A stretch of DNA of 64,000 bases from Candidatus Endobugula sp. (lineage in GTDB: Bacteria > Pseudomonadota > Gammaproteobacteria > Pseudomonadales > Cellvibrionaceae): positions 28,868 to 92,867 of the forward strand of contig JAHDEM010000001.1 of assembly GCA_020628895.1 (NCBI GenBank), written 5' to 3'. Positions 1 to 10,204 of the stretch are shown in pieces; position 1 is the first letter of the stretch, and each line of letters starts with the position of its first letter. Made by a program: the position numbers and the translations under genes. The notes below the pieces were generated by a model that ran no database searches, was not told the DNA's origin, and worked only from the letters and a program-made list of their open reading frames with translations.

Positions 1-1602
1 ACCGATGCAATTATTGTTGCTACTGTTTCCGCTATTTATGGTCTGGGCGATCCACAAGCCTATTTAAAAATGGTACTACATATTTCTCGTGGAGAACGTA
101 TTGACCAACGAGATATACTACGACGCTTGGCAGAATTGCAGTACGAACGCAATGATACGGTATTTCAACGCGCGGTTTATCGAGTGCGTGGCGATGTTAT
201 AGATGTTTTCCCTGCAGATTCTGATCGCGAAGCACTACGTATAGAATTATTTGATGATGAAGTAGAGCAGTTAACATTGTTTGACCCGTTGACAGGTGAA
301 ACGCTACAAAAAGTACCTCGCTATACGATCTATCCCAAATCTCACTATGTAACCCCTAGGTCACGTATTTTAGAAGCTATCGAAGGTATTAAAGAAGAAG
401 CTAAAGATCGGCTTGCACAATTAAGAGATAACAACAAGTTGGTAGAAGCCCAACGTTTAGAGCAACGAGTTAAATACGATGTTGAAATGATGCAAGAGCT
501 AGGATACTGCAATGGTGTAGAAAATTACTCCCGTTACCTATCGGGACGTGATGCAGGTTTACCGCCACCCACTTTGTTTGACTATTTACCACCAGATGCT
601 TTGTTAGTATTGGATGAGTCCCATGTCACGGTACCGCAAATTGGTGCTATGTATCGTGGTGACCGTTCTCGTAAAGAGACGCTAGTCGAATATGGCTTTC
701 GTTTACCTTCTGCTTTAGATAATCGTCCATTGCAATTTGAAGAATGGGAATCATTAGCACCACAAATGATTTTTGTTTCTGCTACACCAGGGAATTATGA
801 AGAAGAACATGCTGCTCAAGTGGTAGAGCAAGTGGTTCGTCCTACTGGATTGATCGACCCCATTGTTGAAATTCGGCCAGCGGATACGCAAGTCGATGAA
901 GCGATGTCGGAAATTCAGCAACGTGTTGCCGCTGACGAACGTGTACTTATTACAGTATTAACCAAACGTATGGCAGAAGATTTAACAGATTATCTTATCG
1001 ATCATGGTGTACGTGTACGTTATTTACATTCGGATATTGATACGGTTGAACGAGTAGAAATTATACGAGATTTGCGTTTAGGTGAGTTTGATGTATTGGT
1101 CGGTATTAACTTGCTTAGAGAGGGGTTGGATATGCCCGAAGTCTCTCTAGTTATGATAATGGATGCAGATAAAGAAGGTTTTTTACGCTCCGATCGCTCG
1201 CTTATCCAAACCATAGGGCGTGCTGCGCGTCACTTAAATGGTAAAGCGATTTTATTTGCTAATAAAACGACCCGTTCAATGCAGCGTGCGATAGATGAGA
1301 CTGAGCGCCGACGTAAAAAACAAATTGCACATAACGAAAAATATAATATTACCCCGACAGGTGTTAATAAAAAAATTGCTGATATTATGGAAGGAGCGGT
1401 TGTTGTCGGTAAGGGCAAACGTGGAAAAGTCGCACAGAAACAAGCTGACTATGCTGCTAATTCTGAGCTCGAGGGAAAAAGTCTACCGCAAAAAATTGAA
1501 ATTCTTGAAGAAAAAATGTATCAAGCTGCTAAGGATTTGGACTTTGAAAAAGCAGCCGCTTTACGTGACCAAATTAAAAACCTGAAAATAACAGAAGTTT
1601 AG
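1..1602 (+). CDS. uvrB: Excinuclease ABC subunit B, 5'-truncated by the window edge
   Basis: Frame is open from base 1 ([16 protein letters not shown]); contains [35 protein letters not shown] and a C-terminal UVR coil ([11 protein letters not shown]). Confidence 0.98.
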   Translation, partial: TDAIIVATVSAIYGLGDPQAYLKMVLHISRGERIDQRDILRRLAELQYERNDTVFQRAVYRVRGDVIDVFPADSDREALRIELFDDEVEQLTLFDPLTGETLQKVPRYTIYPKSHYVTPRSRILEAIEGIKEEAKDRLAQLRDNNKLVEAQRLEQRVKYDVEMMQELGYCNGVENYSRYLSGRDAGLPPPTLFDYLPPDALLVLDESHVTVPQIGAMYRGDRSRKETLVEYGFRLPSALDNRPLQFEEWESLAPQMIFVSATPGNYEEEHAAQVVEQVVRPTGLIDPIVEIRPADTQVDEAMSEIQQRVAADERVLITVLTKRMAEDLTDYLIDHGVRVRYLHSDIDTVERVEIIRDLRLGEFDVLVGINLLREGLDMPEVSLVMIMDADKEGFLRSDRSLIQTIGRAARHLNGKAILFANKTTRSMQRAIDETERRRKKQIAHNEKYNITPTGVNKKIADIMEGAVVVGKGKRGKVAQKQADYAANSELEGKSLPQKIEILEEKMYQAAKDLDFEKAAALRDQIKNLKITEV

Positions 1603-1625
1603 TCAGCTGATAGAGTAATATTTTA

Positions 1626-2345
1626 ATGAAATCGACTCGAGACCGATTAGACCGTTATTTGAGTCGTCAGTTAAATATCAGCAAGCGCGAAGTGCGGCAA
1701 CTATTACTCAATAAAAAAGTATTGGTTAATCATGTTGTGGCAACGGATATGAATCTGCTCGTCCATCAATTTGCTCATGTTAAAGTTAATGATACAGTCG
1801 TTCAGTCCTTAGCTCCTATATATATCATGCTGAATAAGCCGAAAGGGGTCGTCAGTGCCACTAAGGATAGACATCACCGAACGGTGATTGATCTTCTCCC
1901 AAGCCATCAGCATCCAAGCTTGCATATAGCGGGGCGTTTAGATTTTAATACGACGGGCCTTTTGTTATTAACCAATGATGGTTCATGGTCTAGGCGTTTA
2001 TCTTTGCCTCAGAATAATATTATTAAAAAATATCGTGTGGTATTAGAAAAACCAGTGACTTCTGATTATGTTGATATGTTTGAAAAAGGTATTTACTTTG
2101 CCTATGAAAATATAACAACTCGTCCTGCATATCTCAATATTATTAGCCCTCAGGTTGTAGAGCTAAATATTGCAGAAGGGCGCTACCATCAGGTAAAACG
2201 TATGTTTGGTTATTTTAATAATAAAGTATTAGATTTACACAGAGTCTCGGTAGGTGGTTTAACGTTGGATGCTAATTTGGCACTAGGAGAGAGTCGGCAT
2301 TTATTGCAAGAAGAGTTGAGCCTTATTTTTTCAGTCGATGACTAA
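1626..2345 (+). CDS. rsuA: RsuA-family pseudouridine synthase (16S rRNA U516 type)
   Basis: N-terminal S4-like RLDRYL, LNKPKG, catalytic GRLD, EGRYHQVKRMF. Confidence 0.85.
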   Translation: MKSTRDRLDRYLSRQLNISKREVRQLLLNKKVLVNHVVATDMNLLVHQFAHVKVNDTVVQSLAPIYIMLNKPKGVVSATKDRHHRTVIDLLPSHQHPSLHIAGRLDFNTTGLLLLTNDGSWSRRLSLPQNNIIKKYRVVLEKPVTSDYVDMFEKGIYFAYENITTRPAYLNIISPQVVELNIAEGRYHQVKRMFGYFNNKVLDLHRVSVGGLTLDANLALGESRHLLQEELSLIFSVDD

Positions 2346-2427
2346 TAGCGTGTTCTAGATATTTATGCATCTAAAGCGGATGGTAATGCGTATTAGACAC
2401 TTAATAATAAAAAACAGGTAAGTCTTT

Positions 2428-3075
2428 ATGCGTTTAAAAACTCCATGCCAAAGCATCTCCTTTTCTACACATGATATTTATGGCAATAGCATTACTTTAT
2501 CTGGTTTTCAGGGCAAGCGTGTTATGTTGTCTTTTTTTAGAGATGCCGCTTGTCCCTTTTGTAATTTTAGAATTTATGAACTCAGTAATAACTACAAAGG
2601 GTGGTTAGCAGCAGGATTAGAAGTGATAGTCGTATTTAGTTCTACTGCTCAAGAGGTGCGACAGCACGTTGCGAAGCATCCTCGCCCCTTTAAAATGATT
2701 GCTGATCCAGATCTTATTCTATACAACCAATACGGGGTAGAGCACTCGTCAAGGGCATTATGGAAAGCATTGTTTTTCAAATTTCCACGGATTGTTAAAG
2801 GGGTTATGACTGGCGGTAGGCCGAAGAAAAACCCCAATGTCAAAATTGTACCAGCAGACTTTTTGTTGGATGTTGATGGCAGTGTTGTAGACCTATGGTA
2901 TGGGAGAGACACAGCTGATCATATACCTTTGCAGCGTATACAAACATTCGTCGACGAATTAGCTAATGTTGTGTCGCAAAACGAAAAAAATGAGCTTCAG
3001 CAGCTCAGACTAGAAAACAAAAAGCTAAAAAGACTGGTACGAGAGCTAAAATCCAAAGATGTATCTTTGCTATAG
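2428..3075 (+). CDS. AhpC/TSA (peroxiredoxin-like redoxin) protein with C-terminal coiled coil
   Basis: FFRDAACPFC thioredoxin-fold motif, IADPD..LY..YG, PADFLLD. Confidence 0.8.
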   Translation: MRLKTPCQSISFSTHDIYGNSITLSGFQGKRVMLSFFRDAACPFCNFRIYELSNNYKGWLAAGLEVIVVFSSTAQEVRQHVAKHPRPFKMIADPDLILYNQYGVEHSSRALWKALFFKFPRIVKGVMTGGRPKKNPNVKIVPADFLLDVDGSVVDLWYGRDTADHIPLQRIQTFVDELANVVSQNEKNELQQLRLENKKLKRLVRELKSKDVSLL

Positions 3076-3162
3076 TTTTTCATGACCCTCTTCGTGCAGA
3101 TCAAGCATTTTATGCTGGTTATATCGTTTTAATAGGCTTTTTTCTAATTTTTAGAGACATTT

Positions 3163-3262
3163 CTAAAACGTTTCTGTCTTTTAATAACTTTTAATTTGTC
3201 GTTTAATCTTTTGTTTTAAGTATTAATTAAATAATAATCTTGCAAACCCTAAATCGTTTCAG
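3163..3262. promoter_or_regulatory. Two LacI-type operators upstream of the LacI gene (CTAAAACGTTTCTG 3163-3176; CTAAATCGTTTCAG 3249-3262)
   Basis: 14-bp imperfect palindromes with central CG, typical of LacI-family sites, next to a LacI gene. Confidence 0.6.
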
Positions 3263-3306
3263 TAATATTGGTCGCAATTTATTCACTTTTGTGTAGGTTA
3301 ATTGCT

Positions 3307-4338
3307 ATGGGGAAAAGTCAGCGACCAACATTAAAAACAATAGCAGAGGCGTTAGGCTTGGGTGTGACTACGGTTTCTCGGGCTTTGAGTGATGCGGATG
3401 ATATTAGTCAATCTACAAAGGCAAAAGTACGAGAAACAGCGGATCGTCTAGGTTATCGTCGCGATTTAGCCGGAGTACGATTGCGTACGGGGAAAACAGG
3501 GTCGGTAAGCTTTGTTTTGCACCCGCATGATGAGTTGGTGGGTTACGGATCATCGCTTATGTTAGGGTTATCTCGCGGGCTCGAGAAGACAGATTATCAG
3601 CTGAATGTGATTCCTGACTTTCTTCACGAAGACCCGATTAAACCTATAGAAAAGCTAGTACGCAATCGTACCAGTGATGGGGTTATTTTCTCGCAAACCT
3701 ATGCTATGGACAAACGTGTTCGCTTGCTCTTAGAACACGGCTTACCTTTTGTTTCTCACGGACGAACAGAGCTGGCCACAGAGCATCCTTTCTACGACTT
3801 TGATAATCAGCGTTTTGCCTATGAAGCGGTTAAACGGCTAGCGGCTAAGGGGTGTAGGAAAATTATTCTTATCGCCCCACATTCTGAATATTTATACCAT
3901 CATCATATGAAATTAGGGTTGACTCAGGCTTCTCATGAGGTGGGTGTTGAATCGGCTATTGTTGATGACTTGTCATTAGCATCAGATACAGCAGATATTA
4001 TGCATTGGGCAAAAGGATTAGGGGAGGTGTCAGCGGCACCGGATGGCATTATTTGTAGTGGTGAAGCCTCTGCATTAGCTGTTAACGCGGGTCTTTCTGC
4101 GCGACCTCTAGGAGCAACGGATATAAAGCTAGTTTCAAAACAAACATCCAAAATATTGGCTCTGACAAAACCCGATTTAGAAACCTGTTTTGAGGATATT
4201 GAGCAAACAGGGTTTAGATTAGCCCAAATGTTGCTGCAGAATATAGAAGGTAGTCCTGTGGAAAATTTACAGGAAATACAAGCTACTTGTTGGACTACTG
4301 CCGAGAGAGCATTTACCGAATGTATTACGGAAGAATAA
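3307..4338 (+). CDS. LacI-family transcriptional regulator
   Basis: HTH PTLKTIAEALGLGVTTVSRAL, hinge LRTG, sugar-binding core (FVSHGRT, YDFDN); ATG at 3307 preferred to TTG at 3268. Confidence 0.93.
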   Translation: MGKSQRPTLKTIAEALGLGVTTVSRALSDADDISQSTKAKVRETADRLGYRRDLAGVRLRTGKTGSVSFVLHPHDELVGYGSSLMLGLSRGLEKTDYQLNVIPDFLHEDPIKPIEKLVRNRTSDGVIFSQTYAMDKRVRLLLEHGLPFVSHGRTELATEHPFYDFDNQRFAYEAVKRLAAKGCRKIILIAPHSEYLYHHHMKLGLTQASHEVGVESAIVDDLSLASDTADIMHWAKGLGEVSAAPDGIICSGEASALAVNAGLSARPLGATDIKLVSKQTSKILALTKPDLETCFEDIEQTGFRLAQMLLQNIEGSPVENLQEIQATCWTTAERAFTECITEE

Positions 4339-4412
4339 GTAACTCACTGTTATTTATAACGTGTTATTAATTTTTAATTATTTTTATTACAGTATTGTTT
4401 ATGAGGAAAACT

Positions 4413-4721
4413 ATGATCAGACATTGTGTATTTTTACGTTTTAGTGAGAGTGTTACAGCCGAGCAGCAGCAAACTATTTATCAAAAAATTGCTGGGCTTA
4501 AATCGGTTTGCGAAGGAATGCTATCTACAGATTATGGTGATAATGTAAGCCCCGAAGGTCTATCTCAGGGTTTTGATGGTGGCTTCATTGTTGACTTTGA
4601 TAGCGCAGAAAGTCGTGATAACTATCTAGTTCACCCTGATCACCAAGCAGCCGGTGCTGAATTGGTTTCTATGTTAGAAGGCGGTTTAGACGGATTAATG
4701 GTGTTTGATTTAGAGGTTTAA
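4413..4721 (+). CDS. Dabb (stress-responsive A/B barrel) protein
   Basis: MIRHCVFLRF, GF..GF.V.F, YLVHPDH motifs; GAGG RBS before ATG 4413. Confidence 0.88.
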   Translation: MIRHCVFLRFSESVTAEQQQTIYQKIAGLKSVCEGMLSTDYGDNVSPEGLSQGFDGGFIVDFDSAESRDNYLVHPDHQAAGAELVSMLEGGLDGLMVFDLEV

Positions 4722-4737
4722 TCCTGTTTTTTGCTCC

Positions 4738-4775
4738 AATGGCTAATATTATTTTAATTAGCCATTTTCTTTTTC
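4738..4775 (+). terminator. Intrinsic terminator after the Dabb gene
   Basis: AATGGCTAAT/ATTAGCCATT stem followed by TTCTTTTT. Confidence 0.6.
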
Positions 4776-4883
4776 TCTCCTTTATTACTCAACTTCTAAA
4801 CGTAACTAAAAAAAACTAAAAGAATCTAAAAGAATTTGAAAAAAATTATTTTATTTAGTTTTTTAGTAGAAAATAAAGTTTCA

Positions 4884-4897
4884 CGAAAACGATTTAC
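4884..4897. promoter_or_regulatory. LacI-type operator upstream of the sugar-binding protein
   Basis: CGAAAACGATTTAC; reverse complement GTAAATCGTTTTCG matches the 3249 site. Confidence 0.55.
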
Positions 4898-5117
4898 ATC
4901 GTTCCAAATTTTAGGCTAGAATCGGTGCCATGCACTCTTGAAAATGAAATTCACTTATTCATAAAGCAAGGTGCATAAAAATAATTAATAAAAATAATTA
5001 GTAAACATAATACAAATTATCTTTTGCTCTAGATGAATTTATATCATTCCAATATCTAGACTGGGATCGGTGTAACGTGCTCTATTTGTGGCTTTTCATC
5101 GAGTGCATAAGAATAAT
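4892..5117 (+). repeat. Degenerate direct duplication (period 145 bp) in the leader of the sugar-binding protein gene
   Basis: 4892-4938 vs 5037-5083 are 34/47 identical without gaps; both copies later end in GTGCATAA(A/G)AATAATT. Confidence 0.8.
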
Positions 5118-5176
5118 TTTATAATAATAAATACCAATTATTTCTTTCTGGCTAACAAAAAATAGAGACAATAATA

Positions 5177-6436
5177 ATGACAATGAAAAAATCCGTTAAA
5201 CGTTTATCGATACTGGCAAGTGCTATTGCAGCAGTTACTTTAGGTTCAAATTCTGCAGTGGCTGAATCTAGCGTTGAAGTAATGCACTTCTGGACTTCTG
5301 GTGGTGAAGCATCTGCTCTTAACGAAGTGAAAAAAGTCGTTGAAGCACAAGGTATTGCTTGGAATGATGCCCCTATTGCTGGTGGCGGTGGTGATAAAGC
5401 TAAAACCGCACTACAAACACGTATTACATCAGGTAACCCACCAGCGGCAATGCTAATGTTGGGCTATAACATCGTTGATTGGGCACAAGCAGGTATGTTG
5501 GCCAATTTAAATGATGTGGCTGCCGCAGGAAACTGGGATGCTAGATTGCCGGATGCGGTAAAAGAATTTACTAAAGTTGATGGTAAGTGGGTATCTGCAC
5601 CAACCAATATTCACCGTGTGAATATGGTATGGGCTTCTAAACCTGCATTCGACAAAATTGGTGCGACTGCTCCAACTTCTTGGGAAGAGTTTAATGCCCT
5701 TGCGCCTAAGTTCCGCGAAGCAGGGATTGTTCCTCTAGCTCACGGTGGTCAAGCTTGGCAAGACGTGACATTGTTTGACAGTGTTGCTCTAGGTATTGGT
5801 GGTGCAGACTTTTACAAAAAAGCATTTGTTGATTTAGATACCAAAACATTAGGTAGCGATACCATGGTAAAAATCTTTGACCAAATGCGTATATTGCGTG
5901 GTATGGTTGATGATAACTTTTCTGGTCGTGATTGGAACATTGCTACCGCAATGGTTATGGAAGGAAAAGCAGCAATGCAGATCATGGGTGATTGGTCTAA
6001 GGGTGAGTTTGTTAACGGCGGTCAAAAAGCGGGTTCCGATTTCCTATGTTTTGCTGCTCCAGGTACTAATGATGAATTTGTTTTCTTGATTAATTCATTC
6101 TCTATGTTTGAGCAACCTAACGCAGAGTCTAAACAATCTCAGGCAGTATTGGCTAACGCTATCATGGATCCTACTGTGCAGCTAAAATTCAACATTGCGA
6201 AAGGATCTATCCCAGCTGTTAACGACGCTCCAACAGATGGTCTTGATGATTGTGCAATAAAAAATGTTAACGACATTGCGTCTAATACATTGTTGCCAAC
6301 ATTGGCTTATAGTCATGCAACCGCTTCATCTACTACTGGTGCCATTACCGACGTAGTTACTGAGCACTTTAATTCTGATATGTCTTCAGCTGATGCAGTA
6401 CAGGCATTAGTAGATGCTGTTGAGGGATCTTTATAA
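5177..6436 (+). CDS. ABC transporter sugar-binding protein (CUT1, glucose/mannose-binding type)
   Basis: Signal peptide, EVMHFWTSGGE, PTNIHRVN, LAHGGQAWQD, GRDWN, AMQIMGDW, FNIAKGSIP. Confidence 0.92.
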   Translation: MTMKKSVKRLSILASAIAAVTLGSNSAVAESSVEVMHFWTSGGEASALNEVKKVVEAQGIAWNDAPIAGGGGDKAKTALQTRITSGNPPAAMLMLGYNIVDWAQAGMLANLNDVAAAGNWDARLPDAVKEFTKVDGKWVSAPTNIHRVNMVWASKPAFDKIGATAPTSWEEFNALAPKFREAGIVPLAHGGQAWQDVTLFDSVALGIGGADFYKKAFVDLDTKTLGSDTMVKIFDQMRILRGMVDDNFSGRDWNIATAMVMEGKAAMQIMGDWSKGEFVNGGQKAGSDFLCFAAPGTNDEFVFLINSFSMFEQPNAESKQSQAVLANAIMDPTVQLKFNIAKGSIPAVNDAPTDGLDDCAIKNVNDIASNTLLPTLAYSHATASSTTGAITDVVTEHFNSDMSSADAVQALVDAVEGSL

Positions 6437-6471
6437 TTTATTAATTAAGCATTTTATTTATCTCCAATTTT

Positions 6472-6501
6472 GGCCACTTATTTTTATAAGTGGCCTTTTT
6501 T
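6472..6501 (+). terminator. Intrinsic terminator of the sugar-binding protein gene
   Basis: GGCCACTTAT-tttt-ATAAGTGGCC followed by T6. Confidence 0.85.
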
Positions 6502-6513
6502 GTGTCTAAAATT

Positions 6514-6556
6514 TGATAGCTGATAGCTGATAGCTGATAGCTGATAGCTGATAGCT
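6514..6556 (+). repeat. Heptamer tandem repeat (TGATAGC)x6
   Basis: Six perfect copies read directly. Confidence 0.97.
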
Positions 6557-6669
6557 CGGTCACAATTGTGTAAGCTTTGTTTTAAATAAGGAAATAGTTG
6601 CAGTGAAGATTAATGAGCAAATAAAGAGAAGTGTTTGCAAGGAAAGTGAGAAGAGGGGAGAGGATAAGA

Positions 6670-6699
6670 AAGCCAGTATAAAAAGTTTTATACTGGCTT
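6670..6699 (-). terminator. Hairpin terminator downstream of pntB
   Basis: AAGCCAGTATAAAA/TTTTATACTGGCTT inverted repeat 12 bp past the pntB stop. Confidence 0.7.
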
Positions 6700-6711
6700 G
6701 TATGGGTGTAA

Positions 6712-8109
6712 TTAACTAATATTTTTAAAGATATTTTCTAAGCTTTCTTTTGCATCGCCAAATAACATCCGTGTATTTTCTTTATAGAATAATGGGTTTT
6801 CTACTCCTGCATAGCCAGCAGCCATACCACGCTTTAATACGATGGTGGTTTTGCCTAACCAGGGTTCTAGAACTGGCATTCCTGCGATTGGGCTGTCCGG
6901 TACTTCTTTAGCTGCTGGATTTACGATATCGTTGGCGCCAATAACAATAGATACATCAACATCGGCAAAATCGTCATTGATTTCTTCCATCTCAAACACA
7001 ATATCGTAAGGGACTTTTGCTTCTGCTAGTAGCACGTTCATATGTCCTGGCATGCGTCCAGCAACAGGGTGAATACCAAAGCGCACATTAATGTTTTTAC
7101 TACGCAAACTTTTGCTGATATCACTGACCATGTGCTGGGCTTGTGCTACTGCCATGCCATAACCGGGGATAATCATCACCTCTTTAGCCTGCTTAAGTGC
7201 TTCGGTGACTTCCTCTACAGTGGTAGCAGTGACTTCCCCTTCAATTTGGGGGCTTTCGCTAGAAGATTTTGGTGCAGTATTGCCAAAACCACCGGCAATA
7301 ACGGATAAGAAGTTACGGTTCATTGCGCGGCACATAATGTACGATAAGATCGCACCAGAGCTGCCGACTAAGGCACCAATAACAATTAGTAAGTCGTTTG
7401 ATAACATAAAGCCAAGAGCGGCTGCTGCCCAGCCTGAATAGCTGTTGAGCATAGAAACAACGACAGGCATATCTGCACCACCAATGGCTGCAACCATATG
7501 AATACCAAACAGCAAAGCAATAATAGTCATAAAGATGAGAGGGTTTAAACCTTCACCAATAGAGGCTTGCGTTACAAATTCAATGCCAAAATAAATAGCT
7601 AGGACAAGTAGTATTAAATTCAGCCAGTGTCGAGCTGGTAGCAATAAGGGTTTGCCTCCCCACTTACCACTTAATTTTAAATAAGCAACCACCGAACCTG
7701 AAAACGTCATTGCGCCAATTAAAATGCCGATATAAGTTTCCACGTCGTGGATGGTTTTCTCAACACCGTGAAAGTCGCTACTATGGCTAAGGAAGTTAGC
7801 AAATCCCACTAAAACCGCAGCTAAACCCACAAGGCTGTGAAGAATAGCGACGAGTTCAGGCATTTGTGTCATTGCCACTTTTTTTGCTAGCAGTAACCCC
7901 ACGCAAGCGCCAATCAGTAGAGCACCAATTAACAATGAGTAGTTGGCAGTAACGACACCAATAGCAGTAACGATTAGCGCAATAGCCATGCCAATCATGC
8001 CGAATAGGTTACCGCGTCGAGCAGTTTCTTGTTTGCTCAAGCCGCTAAGGGCTAAAATAAATAAAACCGTTGCTCCGATATAAGCAACATTAATTAAACT
8101 TTGAGACAT
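6712..8109 (-). CDS. pntB: NAD(P) transhydrogenase beta subunit
   Basis: [63 protein letters not shown]. Confidence 0.98.
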   Translation of the reverse strand: MSQSLINVAYIGATVLFILALSGLSKQETARRGNLFGMIGMAIALIVTAIGVVTANYSLLIGALLIGACVGLLLAKKVAMTQMPELVAILHSLVGLAAVLVGFANFLSHSSDFHGVEKTIHDVETYIGILIGAMTFSGSVVAYLKLSGKWGGKPLLLPARHWLNLILLVLAIYFGIEFVTQASIGEGLNPLIFMTIIALLFGIHMVAAIGGADMPVVVSMLNSYSGWAAAALGFMLSNDLLIVIGALVGSSGAILSYIMCRAMNRNFLSVIAGGFGNTAPKSSSESPQIEGEVTATTVEEVTEALKQAKEVMIIPGYGMAVAQAQHMVSDISKSLRSKNINVRFGIHPVAGRMPGHMNVLLAEAKVPYDIVFEMEEINDDFADVDVSIVIGANDIVNPAAKEVPDSPIAGMPVLEPWLGKTTIVLKRGMAAGYAGVENPLFYKENTRMLFGDAKESLENIFKNIS

Positions 8110-8186
8110 AGTGTTTCTCGCTAGAATTTCTGTTGTTTTTATTCTTAAATAATAAAAAACGTAAAAATGATCTGTATGTTTCTGCC

Positions 8187-9719
8187 TTATTTTCTAAACA
8201 TGGCTAGCATTCGTTGGGTAACAGCAAAACCGCCAACAATATTAATGCTGGTAATTAACACGGCTATACCCGATAACCATATTACCCATGGTGAGGGTGA
8301 GGATATTTGCAGTAATGCACCAATAATAATGATACTACTAATGGCGTTAGTCACACTCATTAGTGGGGTATGTAATGCAGGAGTGACATTCCAGATCACC
8401 ATGTAACCAACAAAGCATGCGAGTACAAAAACGGTAAAATGAGACATAAAACTTGCTGGAGCGACGGTTCCTAACCAAGCTAATAAAACCCCACCGGCAA
8501 TAAATGGAAGCCAAGGTCTTAAAGCTGAGGGTTTCTTTTCCTCAATAACTTCTGCCTTTGGTTCTTCTTTTGGCTTTGAAGGGGCCGCAGATAATTTGGG
8601 TGCTGGCGGTGGAAAAGTGATTTCCCCATTAGTGGTTACTGTTGCTCCACGAATAGCTTCGTCATCAAAGTCAATGACATATTGACCATCTTTTTCAGGC
8701 GTCATATCCGTTAATAAATGACGCAGATTCGTCGCATAAAGTTGACTCGATTGAGTAGGTAGGCGACTGGGTAAATCAGTGTAACCAATAATTGAAACGC
8801 CATGTTTTACTACTACTTTGTCCGCTTCCGACAGCTTACAGTTACCACCCATCGAAGCAGCAAGGTCAACAATTACACTACCTTCACGCATTGATTTAAC
8901 CATGTCTTCGGTAATCAGTTCAGGCGCAGGTTTTCCCGGGATTAGAGCAGTGGTGACAATAATGTCTACGTCTTTAGCTTGCTCGGCAAACAGAGCCATT
9001 TCTGCATCGATAAACTCTTTACTCATGGTTTTGGCGTAACCACCTTCGCCACTACCATCTTCTTCAAACTCAAGCATGAGGAATTCACCGTTCATGCTTT
9101 CTACTTGCTCTTTGACTTCAGGGCGAGTATCAAAGGCACGTACAATAGCTCCCATGCCTTGAGCAGTACCAATAGCGGCAAGACCGGCAACACCAGCACC
9201 AATGACAAGAACTTTCGCAGGAGGAACTTTTCCTGCAGCAGTAATTTGTCCAGTAAAGAAACGTCCAAAATGTTGGGCCGCTTCGATAATAGCTCTGTAT
9301 CCGGCAATGTTCGCCATTGAGCTAAGCGCATCCATTTTTTGTGAACGAGAAATACGTGGTATGCTTTCCATCGCAAGTGCAGAAACTTTTTTGTCGGCAA
9401 GTGTTTTTAGTAGCTCAGGGTTTTGTGCTGGTGCTAAAAATGAAATAAACAACTGTCCTTCGCGTAATAAATCGATTTCTGTATCATCGGGGGCGCGAAC
9501 TTTTAAAATAACATCAGCATCTGCAAATAATTTTTCTTTGTCACTGTAAATGCTAACGCCAGCCTCTTTGTAATCGGTATCACGAAATTTAGCTTCTTCA
9601 CCCGCTTGAGTCTCGATAGCCACTTGGTATCCAAGTTTTTGTAGCTGCTTAGCTGCATCCGGTGTAGTGGCGACACGTCTTTCGCCATCAAAACACTCTT
9701 TAGGTATGCCTATTAGCAT
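8187..9719 (-). CDS. pntA: NAD(P) transhydrogenase alpha subunit
   Basis: [45 protein letters not shown]. Confidence 0.98.
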   Translation of the reverse strand: MLIGIPKECFDGERRVATTPDAAKQLQKLGYQVAIETQAGEEAKFRDTDYKEAGVSIYSDKEKLFADADVILKVRAPDDTEIDLLREGQLFISFLAPAQNPELLKTLADKKVSALAMESIPRISRSQKMDALSSMANIAGYRAIIEAAQHFGRFFTGQITAAGKVPPAKVLVIGAGVAGLAAIGTAQGMGAIVRAFDTRPEVKEQVESMNGEFLMLEFEEDGSGEGGYAKTMSKEFIDAEMALFAEQAKDVDIIVTTALIPGKPAPELITEDMVKSMREGSVIVDLAASMGGNCKLSEADKVVVKHGVSIIGYTDLPSRLPTQSSQLYATNLRHLLTDMTPEKDGQYVIDFDDEAIRGATVTTNGEITFPPPAPKLSAAPSKPKEEPKAEVIEEKKPSALRPWLPFIAGGVLLAWLGTVAPASFMSHFTVFVLACFVGYMVIWNVTPALHTPLMSVTNAISSIIIIGALLQISSPSPWVIWLSGIAVLITSINIVGGFAVTQRMLAMFRK

Positions 9720-9918
9720 GGTTTGTCCTCTGCAATTAATTAGTTTTAATTATCAAATCGTTTTTAATTTTTATGAGTGATTTTATTTTTTACCTTATTT
9801 TTTGCCTTACGCAAAAGGGCATATTATGTGTTTAACTTAAAGGGATTGCAATCAAGTAATGACAAAGAAACGAAATAATTTTTTTATGCTATTAAAAATT
9901 AAAATTTTATATTTTTGT

Positions 9919-9960
9919 TTTTTTGTTGACGATTTTTTACAAAAAATCGTCAACAAAAAA
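9919..9960. repeat. Perfect 20-bp inverted repeat with 2-nt spacer
   Basis: TTTTTTGTTGACGATTTTTT-ac-AAAAAATCGTCAACAAAAAA. Confidence 0.9.
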
Positions 9961-10051
9961 TTATTTTCTGAAAAATTTCAGCTGCCAGGAAGTAACTAAT
10001 TTCATTGTTTTTTTCTTGGTTTTTTAAAGGTGAATTTCGAGATTTTTTAAA

Positions 10052-10069
10052 AATTGTAACGTTACAATT
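10052..10069. promoter_or_regulatory. Perfect 18-bp palindrome, probable transcription-factor site
   Basis: AATTGTAACGTTACAATT in the intergenic region upstream of pntA. Confidence 0.6.
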
Positions 10070-10204
10070 ACATTGATGGTATTTCTAAAAAATATTTATC
10101 TCGAACGCTGAAACAGAGCAAATCTAAAAAAATGGCCACCAAAAAACGCCTTAAATAAACTGATAAGAGGGGGTTTTTAAAGCTGTTTTTGGTTGTTTTT
10201 TGTA

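Noticed and set aside
1606-1613. GCTGATAG after the uvrB stop matching the 6514 repeat unit
   Set aside because: One unit only, compatible with chance
4806-4846. CTAAAAGAAT duplicated within A-tracts
   Set aside because: Low-complexity promoter-upstream DNA; not distinguishable from chance
6514-6556. Heptamer tracts as CRISPR arrays
   Set aside because: No spacers, unit only 7 bp, no cas genes
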